A stretch of 64,000 nt of DNA from Myxococcota bacterium (GTDB lineage Bacteria > Myxococcota_A > SURF-8 > G963663525), in the NCBI GenBank assembly GCA_963676915.2, contig CAXXVK010000060.1, positions 160,001 through 224,000 of the forward strand. Reading direction: 5' to 3'. Position 1 is the stretch's first letter. The number at the start of each line of letters is the position of its first letter. The position numbers and the translations under genes were made by a program. Positions 63,431-64,000 of the stretch are shown one piece after another. The notes beneath the pieces were generated by a model. The model saw only the letters and a list, made by a program, of their open reading frames with translations. It was not told where the DNA came from and ran no database searches.

Positions 63431-64000
63431 CTACTCCTTTTCCGGAGTGTTTTCAGGGGGTTCCTGGTCCGGTTTCGGGGTTTCTTCCACCGGTTCGGGC
63501 GATTTCTGAAGCTGCTTTCGCGCTACGTTCAAGGCGGCCTGAAAGCTTTTCATGCGTTTTTTCCAGCGCTCGATTCCGTAGGACAGCCGCTGGATGCGCT
63601 CGGAAAGATCCGTCAGCATTTCCGCCGCCTGTTCCACCGTCTGTCGGTCGGGTTTCTTTTCACCGGTTAGGCCGTCTTTTTCGGCGTCGGACAACCCGAA
63701 GATTCGGATCAGGTCGCGGATCTCATCCAGCGAATAGGAGAAAAGCTGCAAGTCCTGGATTTGACGGCAGAATTTCACCCAGCGTTCCTCGTACAGCCGA
63801 AAGCCTCCCTCACTGCGCCGGGTCGGCTCGATCAACCCGCGTTCTTCCCAGTATTTGAGGGTCCGGGCGTTGAGACCGCTGGATTTGGCCAGCTCACCGA
63901 CGGTCAGCAAGTTACGGATATCTCCGCGCTTTTTTCGCCCACCACGAGCGCCGGGCAGGCCGATTTTCTTCGAGATTTTCTTGATATCCGCCGTCGAATA
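63431..64000 (-). CDS. MerR-family transcriptional regulator (5' end outside window)
   Basis: LTVGELA....N.RTLKYWEERGLI.P..RSEGGFRLY; frame open to window end. Confidence 0.88.
   Translation of the reverse strand, partial: YSTADIKKISKKIGLPGARGGRKKRGDIRNLLTVGELAKSSGLNARTLKYWEERGLIEPTRRSEGGFRLYEERWVKFCRQIQDLQLFSYSLDEIRDLIRIFGLSDAEKDGLTGEKKPDRQTVEQAAEMLTDLSERIQRLSYGIERWKKRMKSFQAALNVARKQLQKSPEPVEETPKPDQEPPENTPEKE

Overview
Core-genome-like bacterial window. The gene set (MJ0042 zinc-ribbon/TPR proteins, Ser/Thr kinase-FHA pair, HDOD protein, sigma54 activator, Geobacter-style chemotaxis operon, zapA-rny) suggests a deltaproteobacterial/Myxococcota-like organism; this taxonomy is inference. Housekeeping genes: thrS (5'-truncated), sppA-lapA-lapB, zapA, rny, bioA, three ferritin-superfamily genes. 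A ~17 kb chemotaxis operon lies on the minus strand (cytoplasmic MCP-like, STAS, cheY, cheA, four MCPs, cheW, cheR, cheB). The strongest unexplained signal is in the 36.5-37.2 kb intergenic region. It holds a well-formed sigma54 -24/-12 promoter with upstream palindromic boxes, driving a ~130-nt ORF-less cassette of four hairpins with exposed C-runs that ends in an intrinsic terminator. The cassette is divergent from an NtrC-family activator and upstream of a catalytically degenerate histidine kinase, so it is a candidate new sigma54-dependent sRNA module (luxO/qrr1- or Pxr-like logic). Also present: a TA-flanked ~180-bp MITE family (4 full-length copies + 1 partial, one supplying a gene's stop codon), two REP families (one bracketing an AT-rich orphan gene), an atypical kinase-fold membrane protein lacking the HRD motif, a bacterial sigma-1 receptor/ERG2 homolog, a TxFG-repeat scaffold protein, and four clustered frameshifts at the start of the che operon. 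No CRISPR array, rRNA, tRNA, transposase or prophage was seen.
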